DNA of 64,000 bases from a virus. Each line of letters starts with the position of its first letter. Position 1 is the first letter of the stretch. Shown piece after piece: positions 11,468 to 23,168 of the stretch. The DNA lies in the IMG/VR virus record IMGVR_UViG_3300023035_000005, positions 64,001-128,000 of that record; one strand, written 5' to 3'. The position numbers and the translations under genes were made by a program. Below the pieces are notes generated by a model. That model made no database searches, was not told where the DNA came from, and was given only the letters and a program-made list of their open reading frames with translations.

Positions 11468-13745
11468 TTAAACTAATTTAAAAAGATAAATACCTCTAAA
11501 CGGAGTAGTACGTTTCCTACTTAAATAAACGGAAATACTTGCCTGTGAAATACCCAGAGCTTCACCTGCTGAACTAAGCGAAGAATAATTAATAACTTCA
11601 TTTGTCTGAACATTAGTAACTTCTATAGCTTTACAGTTTTGTCCGACTGAGTCTAGTTTGGAGATAATGTACCCTTTAATGGTACTAACTTCCCCATTTG
11701 TAGATGAAGACTTGTTATTTTTTAAATAGTTTGAAAGTCGTCTAGGAGATATATCCAAAAATTGATATGCAGCTTTCATTGTAGAGAATTGTTGGGTAAT
11801 CCCTGTTACACTGTTAGTTAATTCTACAGCCTGTCATGAATTAGTTAGGCTAGAGGCAGAAGAGGTATCGCCCGCTAAAAAATTTAGCGCGGGAGATGTA
11901 GCTTTAGTAATCATATAACCTTTGTATGGCTTATTAGTAACTAAATACTTTTTTACAGTAGTCATATGAACACCTAAAAACAGAGCAGCCCGTATCAAAG
12001 AAGTAAATTCTTTATTCTCTCCTGTTTCGATATTAGAAAGAATAATCGCCACTCTAAAGGGATTATTTTTGGCCATTCCTTCTAATTGAGATTTAGATAA
12101 TTTTCGCCCTAACATAACCTCTCTTTTAAACTTCAGGACTTCCTCTGATTCATTTCTACTTTTGGAAGCAGCACTCATAAGTTTAAGAGAGGCTTCACTA
12201 TGTTTGTATCCCAAAGAAGATCCTGCTATTTTTAATATATTGTATTCTGGATTGAATTTATCTATGTAGAATTGCTCTCTATCCAGTACTATTGAAGTAG
12301 GACAATATTCTAAAATCTCTAATCTAAACCCAGCATAGCCATATTTTAAAAGTGCCCTACAAATAAGAGATGCACCTCTCATACTGCTCGACAAATAGCT
12401 ATGATTAAAGTATCGTCTAAATCTTTCATCCTCTTATTTTATAACTAACAGTTACTTACTTCTACTTTTTCTACCTTGTATCGCTTTTTGACTATAAATG
12501 GATCTCGAGTCATTTTCTTAAACCTTTTTGATATGGCAGCTTGTGAAACTCCCATTGCTTCTGCCGCTTTGGTTATGGAAGAATACATGGAAGTTTCATT
12601 TGTTTTTAAGTCTAAAACTTTTAGGGGTGTCCCCATATCTATACTCATTTTTGATTTCATTGTATCTGAAAGAACAGATTTTCCTAATTTGGCTAAGCTA
12701 ATTAAGGCTTTTGTTTCTTCACTATGTGTTTTACCAAAATTTGGGTTATTCATACCTTTCTTCGCAAGACTAAGTAATTTTTTAGTCTCTTCAGAAAATT
12801 TACGCCCTTTAGATGAGTTACTCATTCTAAGCCTGGCTTCCTCAGAATGAATATGTCCAAGTCTTGAACCTGCTGTAGTCAGTATATTATATTTGGGTTT
12901 TAGTAAATCAAGATAATATTGTTCTCTACTTATGGCGTTTTCTGTCGCACAGTATTCTAATATTTCTATTTGAAAGTTTTTTAAACCATACTTAACAATA
13001 GCACTATAGATTAGACTTTTACCTTTTAATAACTCTAAGGAAATATTCCTGAAGCTATAGTACTTTCTAAACCTATCTGTTAGATTTCCACTACTACCGA
13101 CATAGCTATTACCATTCTCTTTATTAACTCAACGATAAATTCCGGCTTTATTTTTATTATCCTTGAGTATAATAGATTTGTCAGTAGAAGCGTCAGAGTA
13201 TACTACAACAGGAATAACGCTTTCCTCATGTTTATCATTTGTAACCTGTGAGTAATTTCTACGCTGAGTTACATTATATTTAAAAATATACCTTTTATTT
13301 GTATAAAAATATACCTCCCTGCGGAGGGATCTACGTTCTCGTATTCACAAATTTATCCTTTGTATTTTATATTTATACGGACTTTTGTCAGTTTGAATAA
13401 GAACCTACATAACTTTTGCCTGAATCCTTATGAACTCAACGATAAACACCTGATTTACCTTTATTTTGTTTAATGATCAATCCTTTATGCTCATCAGGAT
13501 TAGTATAAATTAGAACAGGTTCAAGTTCAGAAGAAGTAGACATAGTTCTTATGTTTATTTCCCCTTTAAAGTGTGTATTACTTAAGTTGGTTGATGTAAG
13601 CCCAATTCGTTTTTGACAGTGAGTTCCGCCGTAGGTAAAGCTTTTTTGAATATAAATAGATGTTTTTAAACTTAATTTCTCTTCCATATCTGAAGGATAA
13701 GTTTTAATGAAAGATAAAATATCTTGTGTTTTGTTAACGAATAAT
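11468..13745 (-). pseudogene. GIY-YIG endonuclease D, split by a nested HEG (5' part 13391-13745, 3' part 11468-12430)
   Basis: KSGVYRW...KSYVGSYSN | DERFRRYFNH...ALLKYGYAGF...NUMOD repeats. Confidence 0.85.
12445..13339 (-). CDS. GIY-YIG endonuclease E (nested, open frame, no upstream ATG)
   Basis: KAGIYRW...NSYVGSSGNLTDRF, EQYYLDLLKPKYN, NUMOD3 (HSEETK) and NUMOD1-like end. Confidence 0.85.
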
Positions 13746-13768
13746 CGAATCACAATTTTATCCTCGAG

Positions 13769-15805
13769 TTAATATATATTTCGGTTATTTTCTGTAAAGT
13801 AGCTGTAACGACTTATATTTTTCCCGGCTGCTGCGAACGCAGCAGCGGAAATAGAAGAATATATTGTAACCTCTTTAGTGTCGACGTTAGTAACCTCCAC
13901 TTTCATAGAGGCTTTCTGAACCTTTTCTTGAATTAAATTTGTACTTTCGTCATCTGAGTTTAAGTTTAATTTAAAAGTATATCTACCTAAAACAGGTTTA
14001 TTTTGTTTCAAGTAAATGTAATGTTCAATATATCTTCTGTCTATATCTAAGGCTCGGGCTGCAGCTCTAATGGCATGGTAAGTAGTAGTAGTATTTGTTT
14101 CCAAATCAGTTACCTCAACTTCAATACCACTAGATTGACCTTTAGATAATTTAGTTAAAAATTCCGGAGATTTGAATGTCTTAGAAGCAGCTATACGCAT
14201 ATTCTCTATTGTAGCTTCAGAATGTGTTCACCCAGATCCTCGAGAAGGGCTTCCAGGTGTTTTTAATATATTATACTCAGGAGAGTATACTTCAAAAAAG
14301 TGTTTTTCTCTAGACATTAGACTATCTTTGTCACAAATTTCTAAGATAGTCAAAGTAAAGTTAGTGTAACCGTACTTTAATAATGCAATGTTAATGGGCA
14401 TACTTTTTTCGTTTAGTATTCTATTTACATTGTAATATTCCAAAAGTCTACGTCTCTGATTATGGTTTGGCCAATCAATAACTACTACTTATCAGAATTT
14501 TCCACCTTTTCAACTTGGTAACGTTTTTTAACTATAAAGGAACCTTGTGTATTCTTAACTCTTTTACTTAGTCCGGGCTGTGTAACACCCATTGCTTCAG
14601 CCGCCCTAGTTATAGAAGTATATGTTTAAATTTCATTTGTTTTTAAATCTAAAACTCTCAGTGATGTACCGGTATCTTTGCTCATTTTATCTCTAGCTGA
14701 ATCTGAAATAAAATTTTTACCTAATCTAGCTAAACTAATTAAAGCTTTAGTTTCTTTACTATGAGTTTTACCAAAGTTAGGATTATTGATACCTTTATTA
14801 GCCAAACTAAGTAATAATTTACTTTGTTCCGTGTGTTTAAACCCTACAGAAGATTTACTCATTTTTAACCTGCTTTCCTCCGAACAAATACTTCCAAGTC
14901 TTGAACCTGCTATATTATTAAGATTATATTCAGGTTTACATAAATCAATATAATATTGTTCCCTACTTATAGCATTTTCTTTTGTGCAGTATTCTAAGAT
15001 TTCTAACTGGAAATTAGAGTAACCATGCTTTAAAATTGCACTATAAATTCGGCTTTTAGCTTTTCCTATTCTAACTGAAAGATAAGAAAAATCATAGTAC
15101 ACTCTAAATCTTCGGGATAAATTTACACTACTACCTATATAGCTATTACCATTTACTTTGTTTACTCAACGATAAATACCTGCTTTATTTTTAAATTCTT
15201 TTAGAATGATAGATTTGTTCAAAAAAGCATCAGAATACGTTACAACTGCTATAAGGCTACTACTTTCTTTTGGTTGATCATTTGAAACCTGTGAGTAATT
15301 TCTACGCTGTAGAAAATTATATTTTAAAAGACACCTCTCATAAGGATACCTTTTAAAAGAGAAGGAATGTGAAAAAGATTTATGTTTTCGGAGTCACAAC
15401 TCTACCTTAACAAAAAATTATCCTAAATTGTGTACGAACTTACACTATATTTGTTATTATTCTACTAATTATTATTTTACTTATTAAAAATTATCCACAG
15501 AACTCCCTACATAATTCTTACCATTCAATTTGTTAGTTCACATATAAATACCAGATTTACCTTTAACATATTTAAGAACATTCAGTTTGTCTATGTCCGC
15601 ATCAGAAAAAACAGCTAGACCGGAAGAGGAATCGTCACTTTTTGAAGTTGAAAACATCCTTACGCCAATAGGTCTGGTACACTTCATAGAGAAGGCATAA
15701 TTTTTATATATAAAATTTAGGCTACGTGATCTCACATTATATAAGTGAAAACAATAAGATATGCCAGATCTCTTAGTAGAATCTTTAACCAAAGATAATA
15801 TAAGT
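13769..15805 (-). pseudogene. GIY-YIG endonuclease A, split by a nested HEG (5' part 15493-15805, 3' part 13769-14458)
   Basis: KSGIYMW...NYVGSSVD | RRRLLEYYNVNR...ALLKYGY. Confidence 0.85.
14485..15388 (-). pseudogene. GIY-YIG endonuclease B (nested; paralogue of E) with late in-frame TAA
   Basis: KAGIYRW...NSYIGSSVNLSRRF; TAA at 14626-14628, homology to E continues to 14485. Confidence 0.85.
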
Positions 15806-16322
15806 CGTTCACAACTTTATCCTTTCTTTAAAGGTATATATAAACTTTGTCCCTTATTTAAAAGTGTTTATATACTTTATCCTTTCTTTAAAGTGTTACA
15901 GTATAAACTTTTCGTATCATGAAAATAACCGAAAGATTATCTAAGTCTATATATAATAACATAGTTATTTTCTTTATTTTCCTTAAGGATAGGCTATTGC
16001 GATACCTTTAATCTTAGGTTACTTAGTTTCTCCTAAGAACCAGCTTTCCTGGCGACTAGAGTACACCTTACCATTAGTTTAATGTAATGGAAGAACCGTC
16101 TACTCGTTGCTCTTTTACAATAATCATTTCAAATATTACTGATTTAGATCCACGATCACCCATTCCTATTACTAGAATCTCTAATGATATTACTATACCC
16201 TCAATCATTAATGAGGCCAGGTAAGAAGTTTCCGTCTTATCTTTAGTTATTAGAGCTTTAGGGCTTCCCTGGAGTTTGGTTCTTTAACACAACAGAAATG
16301 AGGTACCTAATCTCATATTTTT

Positions 16323-16373
16323 ATGTTTGCGGCCAATCTTAAACCTAATGAGATATTCCTTGCTAAGTATGAA
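16323..16373 (-). CDS. atp6: ATP synthase subunit 6, exon 3 (51 nt)
   Basis: SYLARNISLGLRLAANI containing the conserved Arg. Confidence 0.93.
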
Positions 16374-18045
16374 CGGCTGCACTCTGGGCCAATTTTAATA
16401 TTAATCTTATAATCATATATAGCTTAAGAGATAAAAACTAAAAACCATTACTAACTTGTTCTTTCGACTAAACTTAATATATATCTTTTTTTAAAAGGAT
16501 TAGTACGTTTTTTTGAAAAATACATGGATAAACTTGAAGATTTTACGCCTAAAGCTTGGCCCGCTAAAGTAAAAGAAGGGTAAAGAGTTTCTTCATTTGT
16601 TTCTAAATCTATTACTTTTATCTTCTTTGAATTTTTTTTCTCCTTTTGTAGCGGGTCCCCTAGGTTTGAAACTTCTAACTTAGAAACTGTATACCCTTTT
16701 AGGGTTACATTGTCGCCACGTTTAACCGTATTTTTTAAAAAATACCATAAACCTGCTCTAGATATATTTAAATATTTAGCTGCATCTACCATAGAAGAAA
16801 ATTCTTTTATGTCCCCTGTCTTATTGTTAGATAATAAGATCGGTTGTGCTGTTAATTTAGTTTCATTATAAAGAGAATCAGCTTTATTATTTTCTTTATT
16901 AATTAAATGACTAGATAATATATAATTTTGGTAAGGAATACCTTTTAATATATAATTACGTACAGAAACTCTTGATATCTAGATTTTTTCAACAATAAAC
17001 TCCGGATTTACCCTCATTATCTTGCAAAATCACTTTTTTTTGTGTCAATGCATTATTATAACTCTTTACAGATATAATAGATTGAGGGTTTCCGGAATGA
17101 AAAGAACGTTTATGTAATATTATGCTATCCTTTTTCCCTGAGGGATAAGGGACAATTTTTCGTTTATATAAATCATCAATCATATTATATTCAGGTTTTA
17201 TGCAATCTACATAATAAAGACAACGCGCTATTAGAATATTTGTATCGCAATACTCTAAAATTTCTAAACTAAACCCTGCATAACCGTATTTTAATAATGC
17301 CTTATAAATTCTCATATTCCGTTTAGGATAAGATATATGATTATAATTAAAATATTGTTTAAATCTTATACTCAAATTTTTAGCTGACCCTATGTAAGAT
17401 TTACCTGAATCTATGTGTACTCATCGGTAGACACCTGTTCGCCCTTTATTTTCATTGACAATTAATTCTTTATCCTTATCGGAGTCAAGATAAACTTTCA
17501 CAGGTTCTATTTTAGACGATGTAGACATAGTTCTTTTACAAGTAAAGGTATAACGACCTATTTTATACAGCTGTCTATAGGACATATTAATAGTACGATG
17601 TCTAGCTTCAGTCACAGGATAAAAATCAGAATTATTAAATATTCATCTTAAATATTGAGTTAAAGATATAATAAATAGGCTACTTATTCGTAATTGACCC
17701 AGACTATGCAGAAACTTTAATTTGAGTTACTTAATTCTACTCAAAACCACTTTCATGGCGACTAGAGTACACCTTACAGTATTCAAGTAATACTGAAGAA
17801 CCGTCTACTCGTTGCTCTTTTACAATAATATAATTTTGTAAACAATCCATCAAATGTAATTATTAATATATATAATCGATTTAGATCCGCGATCACCCAT
17901 TTCTCGATTGATCATCTTATAACTTATTACTATACCTGAGTAATTACTTCAGCCGCCTATATACTTGCATATGTAGGTTTAGTATTATAAGCTTTAGGGC
18001 TTCCCCGGAGTTTGGCTCTTGTTCACAAAGTAACCTAAATACTAT
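16374..18045 (-). mobile_element. atp6 group I intron at ~521 (IC2-like)
   Basis: Core motifs at 17755-18020; TCTGGGTCAATT pairs with AATTGGCCCAGA just before omega-G. Confidence 0.9.
16451..17615 (-). pseudogene. Degenerate/chimeric GIY-YIG ORF
   Basis: RTGVYRW...SYIGS, then a second GIY start (KSGVYCW) and a frameshift before the NUMOD1 tail. Confidence 0.75.
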
Positions 18046-18222
18046 ATGAATTCTATTAAAACCAATAAAGGTAATAAGGGTAAAGGACAACCAGCAGGTA
18101 CTAAAAGAGAGAAGAACACTAAACCGTGTTTTTGGAATCCTAATATTGTTGCACCTAAAACTATAGTAAAACTAATAGAGAAAGTTAGAACAAAGTGACT
18201 TGTCGAAGCAAAACTATAAGGT
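18046..18222 (-). CDS. atp6: ATP synthase subunit 6, exon 2
   Basis: PYSFASTSHFVLTF...VPAGCPLPLLPLLVLIEFI. Confidence 0.95.
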
Positions 18223-19584
18223 CTACTCAATAAAACATATAGATCTAAAGAGCTGGACTATATCTTAACTATTAAATTATACTTTTTTTTAACTTAAAGT
18301 TTTTCACATGTAGTCTCTGAGGATCCTACTCATAACGTGGTTGGTTATTTTGGTTTCCTGCTGATTATTCATTGTTGCATCTTTAAAATTTTCACTGAAT
18401 TAAAACTCAGTATCTAAAGCCTTAGAAACTCCCAGCAATATAGTGAAATTTATGGTTATTTTTTTTTTTATTATATTTAAAATATAAATAAATATTAATA
18501 TTAATCTTCTATTATTCTATTTTTATTCATATTATTTTTAATTATTAATATTTCTTTTAAACCTTCATCTGTTAAATGTTTTTTTGTTTTCATAAGTTCC
18601 GCTACTTTAAAAAAATCTAAATAATCTTTTTTTTTTACCCCTATCAAAGGATATTCCTTAAATAAAGGTATAATTTTTTCAACTATATCTGAATAAACAG
18701 AAACTAAAAAATATATTTCATTACGAGTAGAAGCTTCACATATCCTTCCACAGTTTAAATATTCAACAAATTTACTTATTAAAACTTTATCACGACTATG
18801 TTGAGTTAATGAAAATTTTAAACCTATATTTATTTTATCTTTTTTAGATTGAGCAGTAACTTGAAAACTTCCTTCTGCCTCTACAAAACCTCTAAATCAA
18901 TTTAAATCCTCTATTTGATTATTCTCACTTTTAGGTATTTCCTCCGCAGGGTAGGGTATTAAACTAGGGAAAGATTCTTTAAATCTTTCAGACAATCCTC
19001 TATTTAATACTGATTTAATACTAATTAATTTTAATAACCCTTCATTTGTTAAATGTTCTTTTTTTTCCATTAAACTAAAAGCCTGTTTAAACAATAAATA
19101 GTCTATACATTTTTTAGTTATTAAAGGATAATTATCAAAATGTGCAATAATAATTTTTATATCTTTTAAAGAACTAACACGATATTGTATAGAATAAGCA
19201 CCATGCTTATATATTTTTCCTACCCCAAAAGTTCTTTGAATTGCTTCTAATATATTTATATCTCTATTATGTAAAGCAATACTAAATATGGGTTTAATCT
19301 GTCACCCTGTAAACATTCTCTTTTCTTGATGCAAAGAAAGAGAAAAACACCCCTCTCCGTCAGTAAAACCTGTAATATAGTAAGGATTAAGATAATAAGA
19401 ATTATTATTTTTAAAATTGTATTTAGCCCTTCGTTCGTCTGCGAGTAAACTGGGCGGCGTTACTGGAGCCGTATAAGCTAAATTATTTGAGAGTGTAGAA
19501 TATGAATTTTTAGGTTTAAAAGTTAATATTTTAAATATAATAAAATTACAAATTTTTTGTAATATATAACCAAGGCACAGTTTT
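18223..19584 (-). mobile_element. atp6 group I intron at ~344 (IB-like)
   Basis: TTGCTGGGA, AATCAGCAGG, TCAGAGACTAC, AAGATATAGTCC core at 18255-18450. Confidence 0.92.
18501..19584 (-). CDS. Intronic double-motif LAGLIDADG endonuclease in frame with atp6 exon 1
   Basis: [10 protein letters not shown] and WFRGFVEAEG; fragments share one frame to TAA 18501. Confidence 0.88.
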
Positions 19585-19967
19585 ACCATCCCTATCAGAT
19601 TATTTATAAGTATGAACATAAATAAGGCATACAAGAAAGGGAAGTAGGCTTGACCCCCTTTAGGGTTTATTTGATTTGTAACAATACTGTGTACTGTAGC
19701 ATACAAAGATTCCATGCTTATTGATCAATTATTACTAACTAATTTATTATAGTTTGTACTTAAAAAATTAAGAGCTAATATAAAAAAAGCACCTATCATT
19801 AAGTATAATCCTATATTAGTTATTGATATATGTAAATTACCTACCACTGGTGCATCTAAACTTAATAAATCATTTATTTCAAACTGGATTAAAGGACTAG
19901 CTACTTCTCTGTTTAAATTTGTTAAAAATAAGTTTTTCATATTAAAATTCATAGTAATTGTATTCAC
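19585..19967 (-). CDS. atp6: ATP synthase subunit 6, exon 1 (start could be 19967, 19952 or 19940)
   Basis: SPLIQFEI...NNW SISMESLYATV...NNLIGMV. Confidence 0.93.
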
Positions 19968-19999
19968 TAGTTAACAAAATAAGAATTTTAGTGCTGCCT

Positions 20000-20495
<496 letters not shown>

Positions 20496-20573
20496 ATCTA
20501 GATAAATCAAGAGAAATTTAGTATTAATTAATATGTGGCATGCTGCGGTGTCAGCGGCGTGCGCATTTAAGTA

Positions 20574-20726
20574 TTAATTAAATAATTTGGGTATAAAAGT
20601 ACGAGTTAAAAATACACGAACAAATCTAGGTAATATATATTTAGATAACATATATATTGTTATGATTATTATAGCAAAAGCAAAAGTTACTTCATTTATA
20701 AAATAAAAAGGTGTTAATTGGGGCAT
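20574..20726 (-). CDS. atp8: ATP synthase subunit 8 (50 aa)
   Basis: MPQLTPFYFINEVTFAF...SKYILPRFVRVFLTRTFIPKLFN*. Confidence 0.96.
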   Translation of the reverse strand: MPQLTPFYFINEVTFAFAIIIITIYMLSKYILPRFVRVFLTRTFIPKLFN

Positions 20727-20799
20727 ATAAAGGAATAGTTTGGGTATTTAATACTAAATATAGTATTAACGTTTATTGTTAAACAAGAATTTAGGTACT

Positions 20800-21731
20800 C
20801 CAGTGCTCTTAAACTCGGAGATTGAAAAAAAAAAAGCGATAATTATAAAAAGATCCTGTCGATTTCCTACCTCAAAACAAACTTCAGCTCTAGTATTCTT
20901 AGCTTTAACCAACCCTAAACCTAATTGACTTTGAATATAATTTAATACTTCAACGTCATCAGAGTGAAGGAGTATTGAAAATCTAAACCCATGTCATACT
21001 CCGACCTTCATTATAGTGAAACATCCCTCAGCGTCAGTGAAACCTCTAAATCAATCAATAAATTCTCTGCTCCTCCTCCTCCTCCTGCCTTCTAACGAAG
21101 TATGGATCCTACCAGGAAGGAAGGACTGCCTCCTCCTGCCTCCTGCCTCCTGCCTCCTGCCGTAGGAGGCAGGAGGCAGGAGGCAGGAGGCAGTCCTTCC
21201 TCCTGCCGTAGGAGGCAGGAGGAAGGAGAAGTCAGTCCTCCTCCTCCTGCCTTCTAACGAAGTATGGATCCTACCAGGAAGGAAGGAAGGACTGCCATAC
21301 TTCGTTAGGCTACGAAGTCAGTCCTTCCGTAGGAGGAAGGATGGATGGCAGTGGCAGGCCAAGGCAGGCAGCACTAAAACCCGTTTTTCACCATTACCAT
21401 TAGGTGACTCTACCACTAGAGTCCCATCAGCTTGCTCTTGAATTAAGGCTGCTAACCGATTTTGTAGGGACGGATCTAAGGTATTCTGATTAATAGAAGA
21501 TAAGGTTTCTTCCTTTAATGCAGCTACCCTCGTTGAACTAAATCTTACAAAATTGAGGGGTAATGAAGATAACGAAGGTTTTTTAAAAGGTGCGGTGGCG
21601 GCCACCAAATATAAAGAATTTGAAGATTCCTTTACAATATATATTAAAGTAGATAAACGATAGTGTATACCTGCATCTAGCAGAATGTGAAGATAAACAC
21701 CTAATAATACAGTAAAGAAAGATAATAACAT
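20800..21731 (-). pseudogene. Free-standing LAGLIDADG pseudogene interrupted by GC repeats
   Basis: ATG TTA TTA TCT start; after the repeat block EFIDWFRGFTDAEGCF...LHSDDVEVLNYIQ; truncated. Confidence 0.8.
21068..21372. repeat. GC-rich repeat cluster (cctcctg / ggaggca palindromic arrays)
   Basis: Two copies of cctcctcctgccttctaacgaagtatggatcctaccaggaagg plus inverted heptamer arrays. Confidence 0.9.
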
Positions 21732-22033
21732 TTTTTTTCTTAAAACAACAAACTTCAACTTCCTATAAAATTAAATTATAATTACATCATAGTAAACAAT
21801 TACATGATTATGCAGTAAAAAAAATTGGTTTTTTTTTTACGAATTCAAGATTTAGCCCTCTGCAGTATATGCAACGGAGAGTACCTTAGGCGGAGCCATG
21901 ACGCAAGCACAAAAAAAATTAAGATGTACTTACTTACATGGAATGGCGCACCTATACATTAACATTAGAAAATACCTAAAAGGTAAATCTTTAAATTTAC
22001 AAGGAATATATCAAAACTATATAAAATACAAGG
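21720..22033 (-). repeat. Diverged duplicate of nad1 3' end and nad4 leader
   Basis: PCILYSFDIF coding sequence (22004-22033 vs 25521-25550) and aattaaattataattacatcat(a)agtaaacaattacatgattat (21769-21811 vs 25407-25450). Confidence 0.88.
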
Positions 22034-22215
22034 GGGGGTTAGAATAAATATATAAAACCTAAGGGAATGGTTTGGGTATCTCACTATAAATTTTAGATTT
22101 TTCCAATCATATTCCTCCTACGAAGTCAGGACGAAGGACTGGTTTGTCACTTACCTTTGAGTAACCCCCTACCTATTTTTCAATAAATTCCAGTCCTTAT
22201 TAGAAGTTAATAACC

Positions 22216-23168
22216 CTAATAACTGTAAATTAAACCAGATACACTAAAGTGTAAACCATCTAATATAATAGAAGGATAAATACCTAATAATACCGCAAAG
22301 ATTACTAAGATTCCTAAGATAACAAATTCTCTTTTACTCAAGTCTACAAAGTTATCTTTAAAATAACCAGAGAAGGTACCCCCTAAGGCTACCCTGTTAA
22401 ATAAGTAAATACTATAAGCTGCGGAGAATACTATTGAAGAGGCTGCTAAGGCTCCCATTATAGGCATTCTTTCAAATGCACCATAAAGAGAAAGGAACTC
22501 TCCTATAAAATTTAAAGTTAAAGGTGTTCCACAGTTTCCTAAACAAAGGATAAAAAATAATAAAGATAACAATGGCATTAGCTGGGCAACTCCTTTATAA
22601 TAAGCAATTGAACGAGTACCTGATCTATCGTACAAGACTCCTCCAGCACATATAAATAATCCACTAGAAACAAATCCGTGTGCTAACCCTAAGACAATTG
22701 CACCTTCAATACCTGCTATTGTATTACTGAAAACACCCATTAAATAAATAGCCGCGTGAGCTACAGAAGAATAAGCTATCATCTCTTTAATGTCTAAAGT
22801 CCTAAGTGTACTTAAACTAGAATATATTACTGTAATAACTGCAATAACGTATACTATATAAGTTAAATCTAAAGAAGCTTTAGGAATAATGGGTAATATT
22901 AATCTCATAATTCCATATAAACCTAGTTTTAATACAATCGCTGCAAGGATTATACTACCACTAAGAGGCGCTTCTGTGTGAGCTTTTAGCAATCAACTGT
23001 TTAATCCATATACCGGAGTTTTTACTGCAATCGCAAAAAAAATACCACAAAACAATAAAATTTGTGTATTATAATCAAAATTTGTTTTAAACAAAGCATC
23101 AAAATCAGTAGTACCCATTATAGAAGACATAGCTAAAATAGATAACAATAAAAAAAGAGAACCGAACA
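22216..23168 (-). CDS. nad4: NADH dehydrogenase subunit 4, exon 2
   Basis: FGSLFLLL...W LLKAHTEAPLSGSIILA...LKLGLYG...IAYSSVAH. Confidence 0.96.

Larger units (their letters stand above)
11280..16322 (-). mobile_element. atp6 group I intron at ~572 (IC2-like) with four GIY-YIG ORFs
   Basis: Core motifs CCAAACTCCAGGG, GATCGTGGATCTAA, GAGCAACGAGTAGACGG, AAGGTGTACTCTAG at 16053-16280; U| and G| junctions restore the atp6 frame. Confidence 0.92.

Noticed and set aside
14456-15495. ATAAT target-site duplication around nested HEG B
   Set aside because: Too short and AT-rich, not mirrored at element E, and the reconstruction adds an extra residue
21318-21758. Candidate atp8 from its position
   Set aside because: The real atp8 (MPQL...) is at 20574-20726; this ORF is the leader of a LAGLIDADG pseudogene
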